Virus record (IMG/VR): IMGVR_UViG_2731957842_000006 | From: a virus | Lineage: Duplodnaviria > Heunggongvirae > Uroviricota > Caudoviricetes | DNA: 37,265 nucleotides | Direction: 5' to 3' (one strand) | Part shown: in pieces, positions 9,568 through 19,379 of the stretch | Layout of the letters: every line of letters starts with the position of its first letter | Position numbering within the stretch: the stretch's first letter is position 1 | The notes under the pieces: model-generated | The model's database searches: none | Told to the model about the DNA's origin: nothing | The model's input: the letters and a program-made list of their open reading frames with translations, nothing else | Position numbers and translations under genes: made by a program

Positions 9568-10232
9568 AAGCCAAAACCAAACTCCTGCACGACCTGGTTC
9601 TTAATACCTGACCACGATAGCGCCCCGTCTGACGGCATCCCTTTATCAAATTTATCCAGAACGCTCGCCAGCGTTTTTACCGTTTGTTCGACAGACGACA
9701 ATGGTTGCTCAAACTCAATCTGCCAGGTGTGCTGAACCTGCTTGTTCTGCTCAGAGAAACCGGATGTATCGATAAACGACCGCATCAGACAGCGCGTGTA
9801 GATGAAAGATGGCGTCATTACGGTGTAACAACCGCCATACTGGTTATGCATATCGAGCGCCATTTTCAGCGCCGTGAATGTCATCCCCTTAGTGATGTAG
9901 CCACCGTCCTCCGTTGATGCCGGACGGATCATCTGCATGACTACCCGGTTAGGCTTCTTGACGGTCGCATTCGCTGCCGTTACCTGGTTATAGAAATTCA
10001 GGTTGCAAATATCCTGCTGAACCAACGTTGTCCCCGCCATCGGGGTAAATGCCGCCATCGAGCGTGTACGAATCTCGCCATGCAGCAGACCGTTCACAAT
10101 GCTTAGGCCTTCGGTCAAAACAGCAATCGGCATCACCCCGCCGGGAATTTTCGACGCTATGCCATCAACTAAAAGAATGGGCGATACTTCAAACGCCAGT
10201 TTGAAAGCTTGTCCAAAGTAATTAAGTGACAT
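9564..10232 (-). CDS. putative tail protein (222 aa)
   Basis: ORF directly downstream of the tape measure gene, coupled to the next ORF. Confidence 0.35.
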   Translation of the reverse strand: MSLNYFGQAFKLAFEVSPILLVDGIASKIPGGVMPIAVLTEGLSIVNGLLHGEIRTRSMAAFTPMAGTTLVQQDICNLNFYNQVTAANATVKKPNRVVMQMIRPASTEDGGYITKGMTFTALKMALDMHNQYGGCYTVMTPSFIYTRCLMRSFIDTSGFSEQNKQVQHTWQIEFEQPLSSVEQTVKTLASVLDKFDKGMPSDGALSWSGIKNQVVQEFGFGL

Positions 10233-10235
10233 GGT

Positions 10236-12314
10236 TTACCCCGGTATTTGTTGCATTCCGGCGAGTTGTGCCAGTATGTCGGAACCTGGTTTTTGTTGAA
10301 CGTCGAGCCTGATTACCTGAGAAGTATTATTTGGTGAATATACGTTTCCCCGGTTCATTGCCAGCGCCCGCATCACATCATCGCCACTTACTGCACGAGC
10401 GGCGTCCCCATTTTCATGGTTAATAATGCCCTGAATTAGCTTTCTCATTATCTCAAAATTAGAACCATCGATTTTCTCCTTAACACCTAATCCGGTGTAC
10501 TGAGAGAGATAGCTTTTATAGGACGATGTGTTATTTCCATCAGATGAAGGGGCATAAATATCAATAATCTGATCAATCGTATTTTTGCCGCGTTTCAGGT
10601 ATAGCATTACCTGCCGATCTAAGGCAGCAATGCCTTCCAGCATCGTCGGGAAGCTGGCAAAACGGGCATTTGGCCCCGATTCCAGGGTAGCCCCTTTTTG
10701 TCCTGCGAAATTAAGATTTCCGGGATTGTTATTCCTGATCCCTCTGGATAAATATGCAGATCTGTTTACTTGATTTGAAAATCCCTGCAATCCTCCAGGC
10801 CAGACCTTACCCGGATTGTTTTTTTGCCACTCCTGCACTTCGTTAAAATAATCAAAGTTGAAACGCCCCTCCAGCCCTTTCATTTCCTCACTGGTGGTAG
10901 GTGTGTCATTTGTAGGAATAGCCAATCCAGCTACTGTTCCGGCTGTAGCCCCAAGAAGACTTCCACCAACAACACGGGCGGCAACTCCGGTCGTTGTGGC
11001 TGCCACAGCACCAACTCTCGATGGTCCAGCAAGTACTGCGGCCCCAAAAAGCCAGGGATGTTCAACCGCAAAACCAACAAACCCGCTAAGTGCCTTAACA
11101 ACCTTTGCAACATTTTCGGCAAAATTATTCAGGTCGTTATTAAAATCCGGGCCATTTACATACTTACCAAGTTTATCCAGACCTGTTTCAACATCAGTCA
11201 AAATTCTTTTAAAGTTCTCACCGTTAAGGAAATTTAGACCAGCATTCTTTACACCATTAGATATTCTAATTAGCTGTACAGAGTTACCCGACATTACCCC
11301 CTGAAATCCGCTGGTAAGTTGATCCCAGTTATTTTCTAAGTTGCTGGTAAGATTCTGATACTGGCTTGTATGTCCAGAGGTGAGCAACGAGTCATTCTGA
11401 GAAGCTCGCGATAAAAACTCTTTGTTGAGTTCAGGTATTTTGTCCTGATATTTGACTAACTGGTTAGCAATACCAAAATTTACCCATCCAAGGCCACGAC
11501 CTCTGAGCATGCTCTGAGTAAGTCCAGTTCCCTCATACTCCTTTGCAAGAGCAGCAACTCTTTCTAACAATACAGGAAGATTTTCTGCTGCCCCTTTTTT
11601 AGGATTTATCCCTAATCCAATTAGCCCGTTGTAGGCAGGATGCTGAGTGTCATTTTGCGCGGCTGCCAGTGTATTGAGCAAATTACCAACACCGGAAAAA
11701 TAAGGCGAATAAGTGCTTTCTGCCGCCTTTAACTCTCCTGGCGTTGCCTGCAATTCATCAGCATTTTTCTGTTTCTCTACAACATTACGAGCCATCATGC
11801 CAAAGCCAAACGGCCCGGCAACACCCATAACCGCAAGTTTTGTCCCCCACGATACGGTGGTTTTAAACAGGTTGTTTAATCTCGAAGTCGTCGTCCGTAG
11901 CGTAGAATTGATCTGCTTGTAAGTTTTCAGCGTCTGTTTGGCGTTTTTCCCCAGCCCGCTGAGGTACTTATCAAACATCGTTTCGCCGCGACCTTTATAG
12001 TTGCTCACCAGCGAATCAGGTGTTTTCCCGCTGCCAACAAAGCGCCATTTTTCATCCCTTAAACGTCCATCAGTGGAAGCAGCCAGAACTGGCGCGGGTG
12101 AAGATGGTTTCCTGGGAGCCTGATTGGCTTCTCCGCCTGTGGTTGTCTGCCAAGAGCCACCTCCCGGACCGGTATTTGAAGGTATTTTAAGCGGCGTACC
12201 GGCAGGGCCAATCATCAGTCCGTTGCGATACTTTTCAAATATCGCCTCAAGCCGCCTGAGGTGTTCTTCATTAACATCCAGCGTCAGAACTGGCATCTGG
12301 TTACCAGCCATCAC
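10236..12314 (-). CDS. putative tail tape measure protein (692 aa)
   Basis: Largest tail-operon ORF, after the chaperone; Gly/Ala-rich hydrophobic stretches (AVLAGPSRVGAVAATTTGVAARVVGGSLLGATAGTVAGLA) typical of tape measure proteins; C-terminal region with RGIRNNNPGNL motif. Confidence 0.55.
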   Translation of the reverse strand: MMAGNQMPVLTLDVNEEHLRRLEAIFEKYRNGLMIGPAGTPLKIPSNTGPGGGSWQTTTGGEANQAPRKPSSPAPVLAASTDGRLRDEKWRFVGSGKTPDSLVSNYKGRGETMFDKYLSGLGKNAKQTLKTYKQINSTLRTTTSRLNNLFKTTVSWGTKLAVMGVAGPFGFGMMARNVVEKQKNADELQATPGELKAAESTYSPYFSGVGNLLNTLAAAQNDTQHPAYNGLIGLGINPKKGAAENLPVLLERVAALAKEYEGTGLTQSMLRGRGLGWVNFGIANQLVKYQDKIPELNKEFLSRASQNDSLLTSGHTSQYQNLTSNLENNWDQLTSGFQGVMSGNSVQLIRISNGVKNAGLNFLNGENFKRILTDVETGLDKLGKYVNGPDFNNDLNNFAENVAKVVKALSGFVGFAVEHPWLFGAAVLAGPSRVGAVAATTTGVAARVVGGSLLGATAGTVAGLAIPTNDTPTTSEEMKGLEGRFNFDYFNEVQEWQKNNPGKVWPGGLQGFSNQVNRSAYLSRGIRNNNPGNLNFAGQKGATLESGPNARFASFPTMLEGIAALDRQVMLYLKRGKNTIDQIIDIYAPSSDGNNTSSYKSYLSQYTGLGVKEKIDGSNFEIMRKLIQGIINHENGDAARAVSGDDVMRALAMNRGNVYSPNNTSQVIRLDVQQKPGSDILAQLAGMQQIPG

Positions 12315-13005
12315 AATACTCCTGCGGGATTTTTGAATTTGAGCAGCTCACGAAACTGAGCTGCTGTTTTTACATTTAGGCCGGAATCTGCACAGATGTC
12401 TCTGAATCCGGCTCCGGCTGAGTAGTCGAGGATGTCGCTGATGACGTGTTCGCCGTCGCGCCAGAACTGGCGGCTGATTTCAATGTCGGCAATGAAGCGA
12501 TCCATTCCGTAAGATTCAATAACGAGCATTGAGTGCTCCATACTCCATTGACCACATCCATAGTCCCCTTCGCCTGCTCCGGTGAATTTATCGACGAGAC
12601 GCATGTAAAAAAAATGAGCTCACCCGCCACTTCATCCAAATCAATGATTTCACGCTCCAGCGCCATATCGAGAGGGATTGTGTCGTAGCCTTTACCCTCC
12701 ACTGGGTAAACAAGATTTGCCAGGCGAATGACCTCATTAACAAGTGTATTACGGACCCCTTTATCACCTTCCCAGATATTAGAATCACGCGAGATCCGCT
12801 CCAGCATCAAAAAAGCGATACGCGGACCCGCAACGACGCCAAGACCTTCTGAAAAAATGGCAGAAAAAGTTTTACTCAGAATGAAGAAATGCTCTTTAAA
12901 CACCTCTTTGCTAATCGGCGTGGCATGGATCCAGCCATTATCCTTTTCTGTCCGGACAGGAATAATCAGGTTTAAATTTCGCGCGATTTTCATACCAGAT
13001 CCCAC
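12311..13005 (-). CDS. tail assembly chaperone-position protein read in two frames (ORFs 12376..13005 and 12311..12604), joined at a U8 tract
   Basis: Canonical position between tube and tape measure; frame switch (-1) exactly at plus-strand A8 12607-12614; zero-frame continuation is low-complexity, -1 frame continuation reads as protein. Confidence 0.4.
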
Positions 13006-13433
13006 ATTTCAGAGTTGATGTAATACGTACCAGTAATGGTGATGGCCACACCCGGCTCGCCCCCGGCGAAGGTCATATCCTGCACGTTGGTGATCGCCGT
13101 GTTATAGATATCGAAGTCACCGAACACCGTGCTGTCGCTATACACTTTTGCGTCGCCGATCGTGGCATTCTTTTCCCATTGCGTCTTGAATTGTTTTCCC
13201 AGCGCCTGGCTACGCAGCAGATGAACACGCGCCTGTAAAATCATGTATGGCTGCGGCGACTGCACGGCTCCCGTCATAGCGGGTAAAAACTCCGTGATAT
13301 TGCCCTGAAAGGACAATTCGACGCCTTCTTTTGCCAGAAAAGAGGCGGACACATTCAGTTCAGAATGGGAGGTAAATTTAACGCTGGCGCGAACCCGGTT
13401 AAGGGTGCCAACGGGGATCATTGGATTAGGCAC
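12990..13433 (-). CDS. putative tail tube protein (147 aa)
   Basis: Small ORF immediately after the sheath-sized gene and before the chaperone. Confidence 0.5.
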   Translation of the reverse strand: MPNPMIPVGTLNRVRASVKFTSHSELNVSASFLAKEGVELSFQGNITEFLPAMTGAVQSPQPYMILQARVHLLRSQALGKQFKTQWEKNATIGDAKVYSDSTVFGDFDIYNTAITNVQDMTFAGGEPGVAITITGTYYINSEMWDLV

Positions 13434-13444
13434 GGTTCAGTCCC

Positions 13445-14782
13445 TCACGAAAGCTGCATTGTCACATTGATGTTAAAAATGATTTCGACAAATCCGCGCA
13501 TCGGCGTATAGGAGGCCGAAAGGCCTGCATAACGCCCGATACCGTAATCATTGGGATTAGTGTTGATATACTGGCGGAAAGGCACTGCATCGACGACAGG
13601 CTGACCGTTGACCAGGCCGTAAGATACGCCCGTATTGAACACCGCCTGTGCGACCTGCTGCAGACGGTCGATCCCGTCCTGGTTGTAGTAAAGCGGGTTA
13701 ATTGGGTTATTGCTACCGTTGATCACCGTGTTGGCGAGCTGCATATCGACATTAATCTGCACCCAGTCCACGGAATACCAGTACGTCATATCGTTACCGT
13801 CACTGGTAACGCCTTTCACCAGAATCGTGTTGGAAATTCCCCCCTCAGCCCCCGTGTCGACGTAGTTAATATTCTGCTTCGTCATCGTGACCAGAATTGA
13901 ATTTTTGCCCTTGTGGGCGTTTACCGCCTGTAGATAACGAAATGCCATCGGCGGCACCTTGTTGATTTCTGAAGGTGATGCGGAAACATAGTTCCACATT
14001 ACGGCTGCTGCCGCGTTTGTCGCCGGGTACGTATCATCCGCCGTTGCAATAACCGACTTAATACCGGCATAAGGCGAAACGTAATTCGTGTCGTCCGGCG
14101 TTTTCGTCAGCACGAAGAAATACTGCATCGCTTCGTTGGCGGTGTGGAGTTTTGCCAGACTGATAAATTCTGCGTCACCATCCCACCGCTGCGGCACCAG
14201 ATACGCATAAAACCGCAGGAGCGGATCTTCCATATAAGCTTTCAGTGCAGCGATTTCCTTACTGACCCCGCCTTTCTGTACTCCCAGCTCCAGCAGGTAA
14301 ATCCCAACTGAATTTCCCTGGGCAAAAAACGTGTTTACTGCCGTCACCAGATTTTCACTGCCGACAATGGAAAACTGCCCCAGTGTCACTGGCGAACCGG
14401 AAAGCTGAGAATCAGCAATCGTCCAGGTCAGTGTTTTTTCATCCGTGACGGTAGCAGTATATTCGCCATTCCACGCGTCGGGCGAACACCCGGAAACAAC
14501 AATTTTCACCTCAGAACTGTTTTCGCGTCGGATGTTGCTCCCTTCCGGAAGCGTCATCGTAACGGTGACGTTTGCCGCAGATTTTCCTGCGGCAGCCGCC
14601 GACAACGCAGCAATCGGATTTTTAACCAGATCGTTAATATCCTGATTGCTGGTGAGTAATACAGGCTTCCCCGGCTCATGAGTCGTGGAGCCAAACGAGA
14701 GAACCGCAGACATCTGCTGCAGATTCGAGGGTATGGCCCCGATGGTCTGGGACACATTCACCGTGACGATATTAAACCCCAT
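13445..14782 (-). CDS. putative contractile tail sheath protein (445 aa)
   Basis: Size and position upstream of tube, chaperone and tape measure; family not verifiable without a search. Confidence 0.5.
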   Translation of the reverse strand: MGFNIVTVNVSQTIGAIPSNLQQMSAVLSFGSTTHEPGKPVLLTSNQDINDLVKNPIAALSAAAAGKSAANVTVTMTLPEGSNIRRENSSEVKIVVSGCSPDAWNGEYTATVTDEKTLTWTIADSQLSGSPVTLGQFSIVGSENLVTAVNTFFAQGNSVGIYLLELGVQKGGVSKEIAALKAYMEDPLLRFYAYLVPQRWDGDAEFISLAKLHTANEAMQYFFVLTKTPDDTNYVSPYAGIKSVIATADDTYPATNAAAAVMWNYVSASPSEINKVPPMAFRYLQAVNAHKGKNSILVTMTKQNINYVDTGAEGGISNTILVKGVTSDGNDMTYWYSVDWVQINVDMQLANTVINGSNNPINPLYYNQDGIDRLQQVAQAVFNTGVSYGLVNGQPVVDAVPFRQYINTNPNDYGIGRYAGLSASYTPMRGFVEIIFNINVTMQLS

Positions 14783-15726
14783 TATTTAACCTCATATTTA
14801 CAAATGACTTTTTCAATCAACTGCCGGGATATTTCCCGGGCGGTGCTCTGGTAGTAATTCACGTCAAAATCGACAATCTTTTTCTTCGCCAGAGCGTTGA
14901 TTTCAACCTGTCCCGACTTTGCGTCCTGAACCACCGGAATATTGGTTACACCAAACTTTTCCTCCTCCAGCGCCCTGTTCACCACCGAGTCGACAAGATC
15001 CAGCGCCATTTTGTTGCTGAATCCGTAAAGCGTCAGGCGAACCGAATCCTGGACGAGCTGGAATCGCTCACCACCGAAAACAACGGGAGCCATCTGCAAA
15101 GGAATACTGTTGCGAACATCCACCGCGATATACGGAGGGCGAAGGTTCTGCGGTACCAGGTAAGACGGATACACGGTCGCGGCATCTTTCATTTGCAGCC
15201 AGATCGGGATGCTGTTGGATATGATCTGCTCGTCGCTGATATCCTCCTCGCAGTCGATAATCTGGGAACGCATGGTTGGCAAAATCGCCATGCCGCGATA
15301 ATGAAAAATACCCGACTGCTGATAGCGGCTCTCCATTCGAGAAAAAGCGAACTGGACGCCGCCGTACTCACCGAGATAGATCGCATCGGGATTTTCCACA
15401 TTAAAATCATCAACCTGCTGAACAGGCGTGAAAATAATGTTGTTCACATCCTTCGAGACAGACTCGTCCTGAATCGCAATAACCTGACGATGCAGGCTGC
15501 CTTTGATTTTCAGACGAGTTGGTGACTCAATATTCAGACGACACAGTTCATCGCAACTGATGATTTCCGCATTAACCCAATAGACAAAACCATCCAGCGG
15601 CAGAACCTGCCGGACATAGAGCCTGAACGTGATTTCCTGGTCTGACGAGATGGTTTCAACTGCGGATTTAAGAACGGACGAGAGCTGCGAACTGTGCTGT
15701 CCGGCTAATTCTTCAAGACTCGGCAT
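14782..15726 (-). CDS. hypothetical virion protein (314 aa), neck/tail-completion position
   Basis: Coupled ORF immediately upstream of the sheath gene. Confidence 0.35.
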   Translation of the reverse strand: MPSLEELAGQHSSQLSSVLKSAVETISSDQEITFRLYVRQVLPLDGFVYWVNAEIISCDELCRLNIESPTRLKIKGSLHRQVIAIQDESVSKDVNNIIFTPVQQVDDFNVENPDAIYLGEYGGVQFAFSRMESRYQQSGIFHYRGMAILPTMRSQIIDCEEDISDEQIISNSIPIWLQMKDAATVYPSYLVPQNLRPPYIAVDVRNSIPLQMAPVVFGGERFQLVQDSVRLTLYGFSNKMALDLVDSVVNRALEEEKFGVTNIPVVQDAKSGQVEINALAKKKIVDFDVNYYQSTAREISRQLIEKVICKYEVK

Positions 15727-16153
15727 TGTTATCTATCCACGCTATAAAGCTGCCCTTAAACAGGCCGCCATCTATGAATGACGGGCGCCGCTCCCCGGTA
15801 TATTTGTCCTTAAGCCTTGAGTTAACACCCTGTAACGCAGCCTGGGTTGGGACCTGATTTCCGTTGATCGTCATTCCGGCCATTTCTTCGGTTTCAAGAA
15901 ATATATGGAAAATCTTCCCGGTCCCTTCCAGAAAATGCTCGCCAGGTAGCGGAGCCTTATACTTGAAGTGATTGACCAACTGGTACGCCAGTTCAGTACC
16001 TGCCTCCTGGATAATCTCGTCCTTATGCATTTCCCAGAAGTGCGTAAAAATTTCGTATCGCTCCTCGAGGTCACAGGCCACGTCAAACGTGGTTTTTCCC
16101 GGTTCGTCGCCGTAGTCATACGGCTGGTCGATAACCCCAAAACAAAGTTTCAT
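15713..16153 (-). CDS. hypothetical virion protein (about 146 aa)
   Basis: ORF with ATG overlapping the upstream stop (MKLCFGV start). Confidence 0.35.
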   Translation of the reverse strand: MKLCFGVIDQPYDYGDEPGKTTFDVACDLEERYEIFTHFWEMHKDEIIQEAGTELAYQLVNHFKYKAPLPGEHFLEGTGKIFHIFLETEEMAGMTINGNQVPTQAALQGVNSRLKDKYTGERRPSFIDGGLFKGSFIAWIDNNAES

Positions 16154-16590
16154 GGCGTGTAACCCCATACCGTGCCCATCTGCATCAGCACCGCAACAAC
16201 CTGTCGTCCATACGGATCCTGTAACATCTGCAAATCCAGCAAAGACAGATTACTCAGCGCGTCGCTGATGGTGATCGAACCCGATGTCCCCTGGTCTGCT
16301 GCCGCGCTGACAAGCCCGGTAGCCAGTTTCCCAAGGTTGAGTTTTTTTCTCAGGTCGGCAAACCACGAGCCGGGAGCGAAATTCAGGAGAAATGAGGCGG
16401 CAGCGTTATAAACCGTTCGCACATAGATGATGGGTAAACGCTCCAGCCCCTGATCGTGAGGGATTAGCTCCATCGCAGACTGAAAGCAACATTCCAGTGT
16501 CGGATCATCGTCAGCAATAGCGTGAACCGGTACTTTCATGTCGTCACGAACAAAGCGAATAAACCCCTCCAGTGACGGACGCAGGGTCAT
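16150..16590 (-). CDS. hypothetical virion protein (146 aa)
   Basis: Coupled ORF in the neck-like block. Confidence 0.35.
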   Translation of the reverse strand: MTLRPSLEGFIRFVRDDMKVPVHAIADDDPTLECCFQSAMELIPHDQGLERLPIIYVRTVYNAAASFLLNFAPGSWFADLRKKLNLGKLATGLVSAAADQGTSGSITISDALSNLSLLDLQMLQDPYGRQVVAVLMQMGTVWGYTP

Positions 16591-17060
16591 TATTTTTTAA
16601 CCTTAATATTTCGCTTTGTGCTGGGCGGATTTTCCTGTTCGGTGTTAACCGCTTCCCCGGTGATTTCCATTTCAATACCACCTGGTTGAGGTTTTTCGCC
16701 ACTCTGAATCACTGCCTGATCCACTGCGTTATTCAGCGATACGGCGCTGGCTGCGAGAATTTCTTCTGACAGGGATTCCAGATTTTCCGTTTTCTGCTCC
16801 GCGCAATCCTCAATGCGACCAACGCTCACAGGTTTATCGATGGAATAGCAGATACCAGAAAAATTCTTGTCCACCTTGTCACAACGCTGGAATCCGTAAG
16901 GCTCATGCTGTCGGATGATGTGGTCGATAATATCGGACTGATTTTCGATCATATGCTGACGTCCGGACGGAATTGTCACACCGAACGACTGCGTTTTTTC
17001 GGGGAGTTTGTAGTTGAACGTGTGCGGCTGACGTGAGCAGTTAGCGATGTAGAGCTTCAT
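16590..17060 (-). CDS. hypothetical protein (about 156 aa), first gene after the terminase truncation junction
   Basis: ATG at 17060 (track ORF starts at an upstream TTG); preceded by a terminator hairpin. Confidence 0.35.
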   Translation of the reverse strand: MKLYIANCSRQPHTFNYKLPEKTQSFGVTIPSGRQHMIENQSDIIDHIIRQHEPYGFQRCDKVDKNFSGICYSIDKPVSVGRIEDCAEQKTENLESLSEEILAASAVSLNNAVDQAVIQSGEKPQPGGIEMEITGEAVNTEQENPPSTKRNIKVKK

Positions 17061-17071
17061 AAATTTTTCCC

Positions 17072-17100
17072 ACAAAAAAGGGGAGCATTTAGCTCCCCGC
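17072..17100 (-). terminator. intrinsic terminator-like hairpin (GGGGAGC-TAAAT-GCTCCCC followed by T6 on the minus strand)
   Basis: 7-bp GC stem plus U-tract between the 63-aa ORF and the next gene. Confidence 0.45.
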
Positions 17101-17117
17101 GTTATCAGGTTGAACGT

Positions 17118-17309
17118 TTATGCGTATTCCCGGCGTTTGTCCGGCGACTCCTCCACCAGCTCCTGCCATGTCGCGGTAAATTCACGTCGCCACTGGTAAA
17201 ACGTGGTTTTATAGTCATCAGTTATGATGTCCGGGTAATCATTTTTCAGCGACTGATAAAATTCCTCGTTCCAGGCGATGTACTGCACCAGGCGTTCGAA
17301 ATAATCCAT
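17118..17309 (-). CDS. small hypothetical protein (63 aa)
   Basis: ATG overlaps the terminase TGA (TGATG coupling); no similarity to a terminase nuclease domain. Confidence 0.3.
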   Translation of the reverse strand: MDYFERLVQYIAWNEEFYQSLKNDYPDIITDDYKTTFYQWRREFTATWQELVEESPDKRREYA

Positions 17310-18043
17310 CACAGGTTCAATCTGCTGGCGTACACCATCGATAACGCGTCTTTGGACCAGTCCACGAACTCGGCAAGATATTCCTGCTGCCAAACGCGCG
17401 GATCGGATTTCTTCTCCGTTTCCTCCAGTTCTTCTTTCGGAATGTACGGATTCGATGAAGTTGGCGCATGGTGCATGACAAATCCCAGGGATTCATCGTG
17501 GCATATCGCGTAGAAAAAATTGCTCTCGTCGATACCGTTTGGTGTGGAAAATACCCACGCACAGCCACGGTAATCAACAAGCGTCGGGCGTATAGCGCGG
17601 GGCCAGATTTCCTCGAGCATTTCCGGCGATTTAGTGAATGCGGCCTCATCAATCAGCACAGCGTGATATTTACGCCCACGCCCGGCCAGTTTGTTATTGT
17701 CCGTTACCCAAAAGTCGATGCGCCCCCCATTACGGAGAATAATGCGCTTTTCATTTTTTGACTGGCTGAGGATCAGCGGTTGCAGAACGGCGCTAATTTC
17801 ATCCCAGATTTCCTGGTACTGTCGGTATTGTGCGGTAAAAATCCCCACCCTACCCGCGATAAGCTGCCCGGTGGTAGGAACGGCAAATTTCCGCGTCGCG
17901 AAACTGGTAGCGATGTTCACCAGCATCACCGTTTTACCCCAGCGACGACCACAGCATACCGCGTGGAAGCGTTCCTCTATTGCCGCCGTCCATGCAGCTA
18001 TTTGCCCCTCATGAGGTTTTGGGAGGTAGATTTCAATCGACAT
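17309..18043 (-). CDS. terminase large subunit, N-terminal ATPase domain only (244 aa; truncated)
   Basis: Walker A GRRWGKT and Walker B-like VLIDEAAF with STPNG motif; ORF ends after about 244 aa and no nuclease domain, portal or capsid genes follow. Confidence 0.6.
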   Translation of the reverse strand: MSIEIYLPKPHEGQIAAWTAAIEERFHAVCCGRRWGKTVMLVNIATSFATRKFAVPTTGQLIAGRVGIFTAQYRQYQEIWDEISAVLQPLILSQSKNEKRIILRNGGRIDFWVTDNNKLAGRGRKYHAVLIDEAAFTKSPEMLEEIWPRAIRPTLVDYRGCAWVFSTPNGIDESNFFYAICHDESLGFVMHHAPTSSNPYIPKEELEETEKKSDPRVWQQEYLAEFVDWSKDALSMVYASRLNL

Positions 18044-19124
18044 TATCCACTCCCGGCATCGGCAGAGAGTTGTGGATAATTATTTCGTTATTCTCACCAC
18101 CCACACCTTTTTTGAGGTTTTCAATCTCAGTGCGCAGCTTTTCGTTGCGAAGCCTCAGTCCTTCAAGCTCCAGATCATTGCGACTGTCAGTTGCACCACC
18201 AGCAGAACTTCCTTTCGTCGCCGTTATCAGCTTGATAAGTTCGCGCCGGGCGGCAGCCTTATCCTCCAGCAGGATCTCAACGCCGAATTTTCCGAGCTTT
18301 GCCCCTGCATATAATTGCCGCGCATCCCCATCAAGCAGAGCGGTATCAGCCATATAAAGCTGTCCCATTCCCTCACCGCAGCACTTCGGGCAGTCCAGAT
18401 TGGGTATGGCGTTATCAACAAAGCCAAGGCCTCCATATTCCGGCTCGGGTTTGCCATCTCTGGAGGCCTGTGCCGCTGCCTTATCGAATTCTGCAATATC
18501 ACGCCACTGGTAGAGGTGATTCTCGCCCCAGCAATAACGGCAGTTAACACGGCGAAATTGTGCCAACTGATTGGGGTCGGCCTGGACAATGGCCATCAAC
18601 TGACTCACCAGTAAATCCAGGTCTGCGGTATAGCGTTTCTGATACTGATTGCGGAAGTAGCTGATAGCACGATAAACCCTGGCATTTCTAAGCATACGGC
18701 TGGCGTTGCTGTTAGCTGTCGCACCTTGCCCCTCATAACCAGCCAGTCGGTATGCCTCTGTCGGCTTTTTCCCCTGAGCAACAAGCATCGCAAACTTAGC
18801 CTGCTGGTCAGAAATGCCGAATTCATCGGGGCAGAACGAAAATTCCTCCGCGTCGCCCTCATTCAGGCACGCATCGGATACTGGCTTTTTTTTCTGAGAT
18901 TTTCCGTTCCGCTTTTGCGCAGTCTGCGCAGATTTTTTCTGCGCACTTTGTTGCGCAGTTTTGCGCATTTCTGTCTGCGCATTTTTCGGAGGTTTTTTGA
19001 TGTAACGACGGGCTGTTGCGTAATTCAGTCCCCTTGCCTCACACCATGCCACCGGGGATACACCGGAGCGGGTGTATTCAGCAATATATTCCTGCTGCAA
19101 CGCCCCCCAGTCCGGTCTGCTCAT
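18033..19124 (-). CDS. putative terminase small subunit (363 aa; N-terminal HTH, Cys-rich C-terminal region)
   Basis: Directly upstream of and coupled to the terminase ATPase gene; HTH-like segment VSPVAWCEARGLNYATARRYI; CxxC ... CPKCC cysteine cluster. Confidence 0.5.
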   Translation of the reverse strand: MSRPDWGALQQEYIAEYTRSGVSPVAWCEARGLNYATARRYIKKPPKNAQTEMRKTAQQSAQKKSAQTAQKRNGKSQKKKPVSDACLNEGDAEEFSFCPDEFGISDQQAKFAMLVAQGKKPTEAYRLAGYEGQGATANSNASRMLRNARVYRAISYFRNQYQKRYTADLDLLVSQLMAIVQADPNQLAQFRRVNCRYCWGENHLYQWRDIAEFDKAAAQASRDGKPEPEYGGLGFVDNAIPNLDCPKCCGEGMGQLYMADTALLDGDARQLYAGAKLGKFGVEILLEDKAAARRELIKLITATKGSSAGGATDSRNDLELEGLRLRNEKLRTEIENLKKGVGGENNEIIIHNSLPMPGVDNVD

Positions 19125-19127
19125 TAG

Positions 19128-19379
19128 TTAGTCCTGATTTTTATCCACCCTGAGTAGTTCACGCAGGGCAAAGGCATCCCCTTTTCTGGCAAGCTTAAAC
19201 AATGCCGCCCGTAGTTCGGCTTCACCTTTCGCTCTGCCCTTACGGATGGATGCGTAAAAATCTGTCATTGCTTCCCGATTTTCTTTCAGTCGGTTCAGAT
19301 CAACATCCAGAACGTCAGCGATTTGTTGTGCAGTCATCCGGCACGCTGCCAGAGACTCTACTTTCGAATACGGAATCAT
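19128..19379 (-). CDS. small HTH-like protein (83 aa)
   Basis: GGGGGTGA Shine-Dalgarno before the ATG at 19379; helix-turn-helix-like MTAQQIADVLDVD; overlaps the upstream gene end by 65 nt. Confidence 0.35.
   Translation of the reverse strand: MIPYSKVESLAACRMTAQQIADVLDVDLNRLKENREAMTDFYASIRKGRAKGEAELRAALFKLARKGDAFALRELLRVDKNQD

Noticed and set aside
10858-11304. Plus-strand ORFs (10585..10773, 10824..11237, 10858..11304, 10931..11122 on the opposite strand) inside the tape measure gene
   Set aside because: Antisense shadow ORFs within a long, well-supported minus-strand gene; low-complexity translations and no Shine-Dalgarno
18072-19127. Multiple overlapping ORFs in both strands across the putative small terminase gene (for example 18726..19127 plus strand, 18227..18589 and 18605..18862 minus strand)
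   Set aside because: All overlap the 363-aa ORF, which has coupling and HTH features; alternatives give Arg/Leu-rich low-complexity translations
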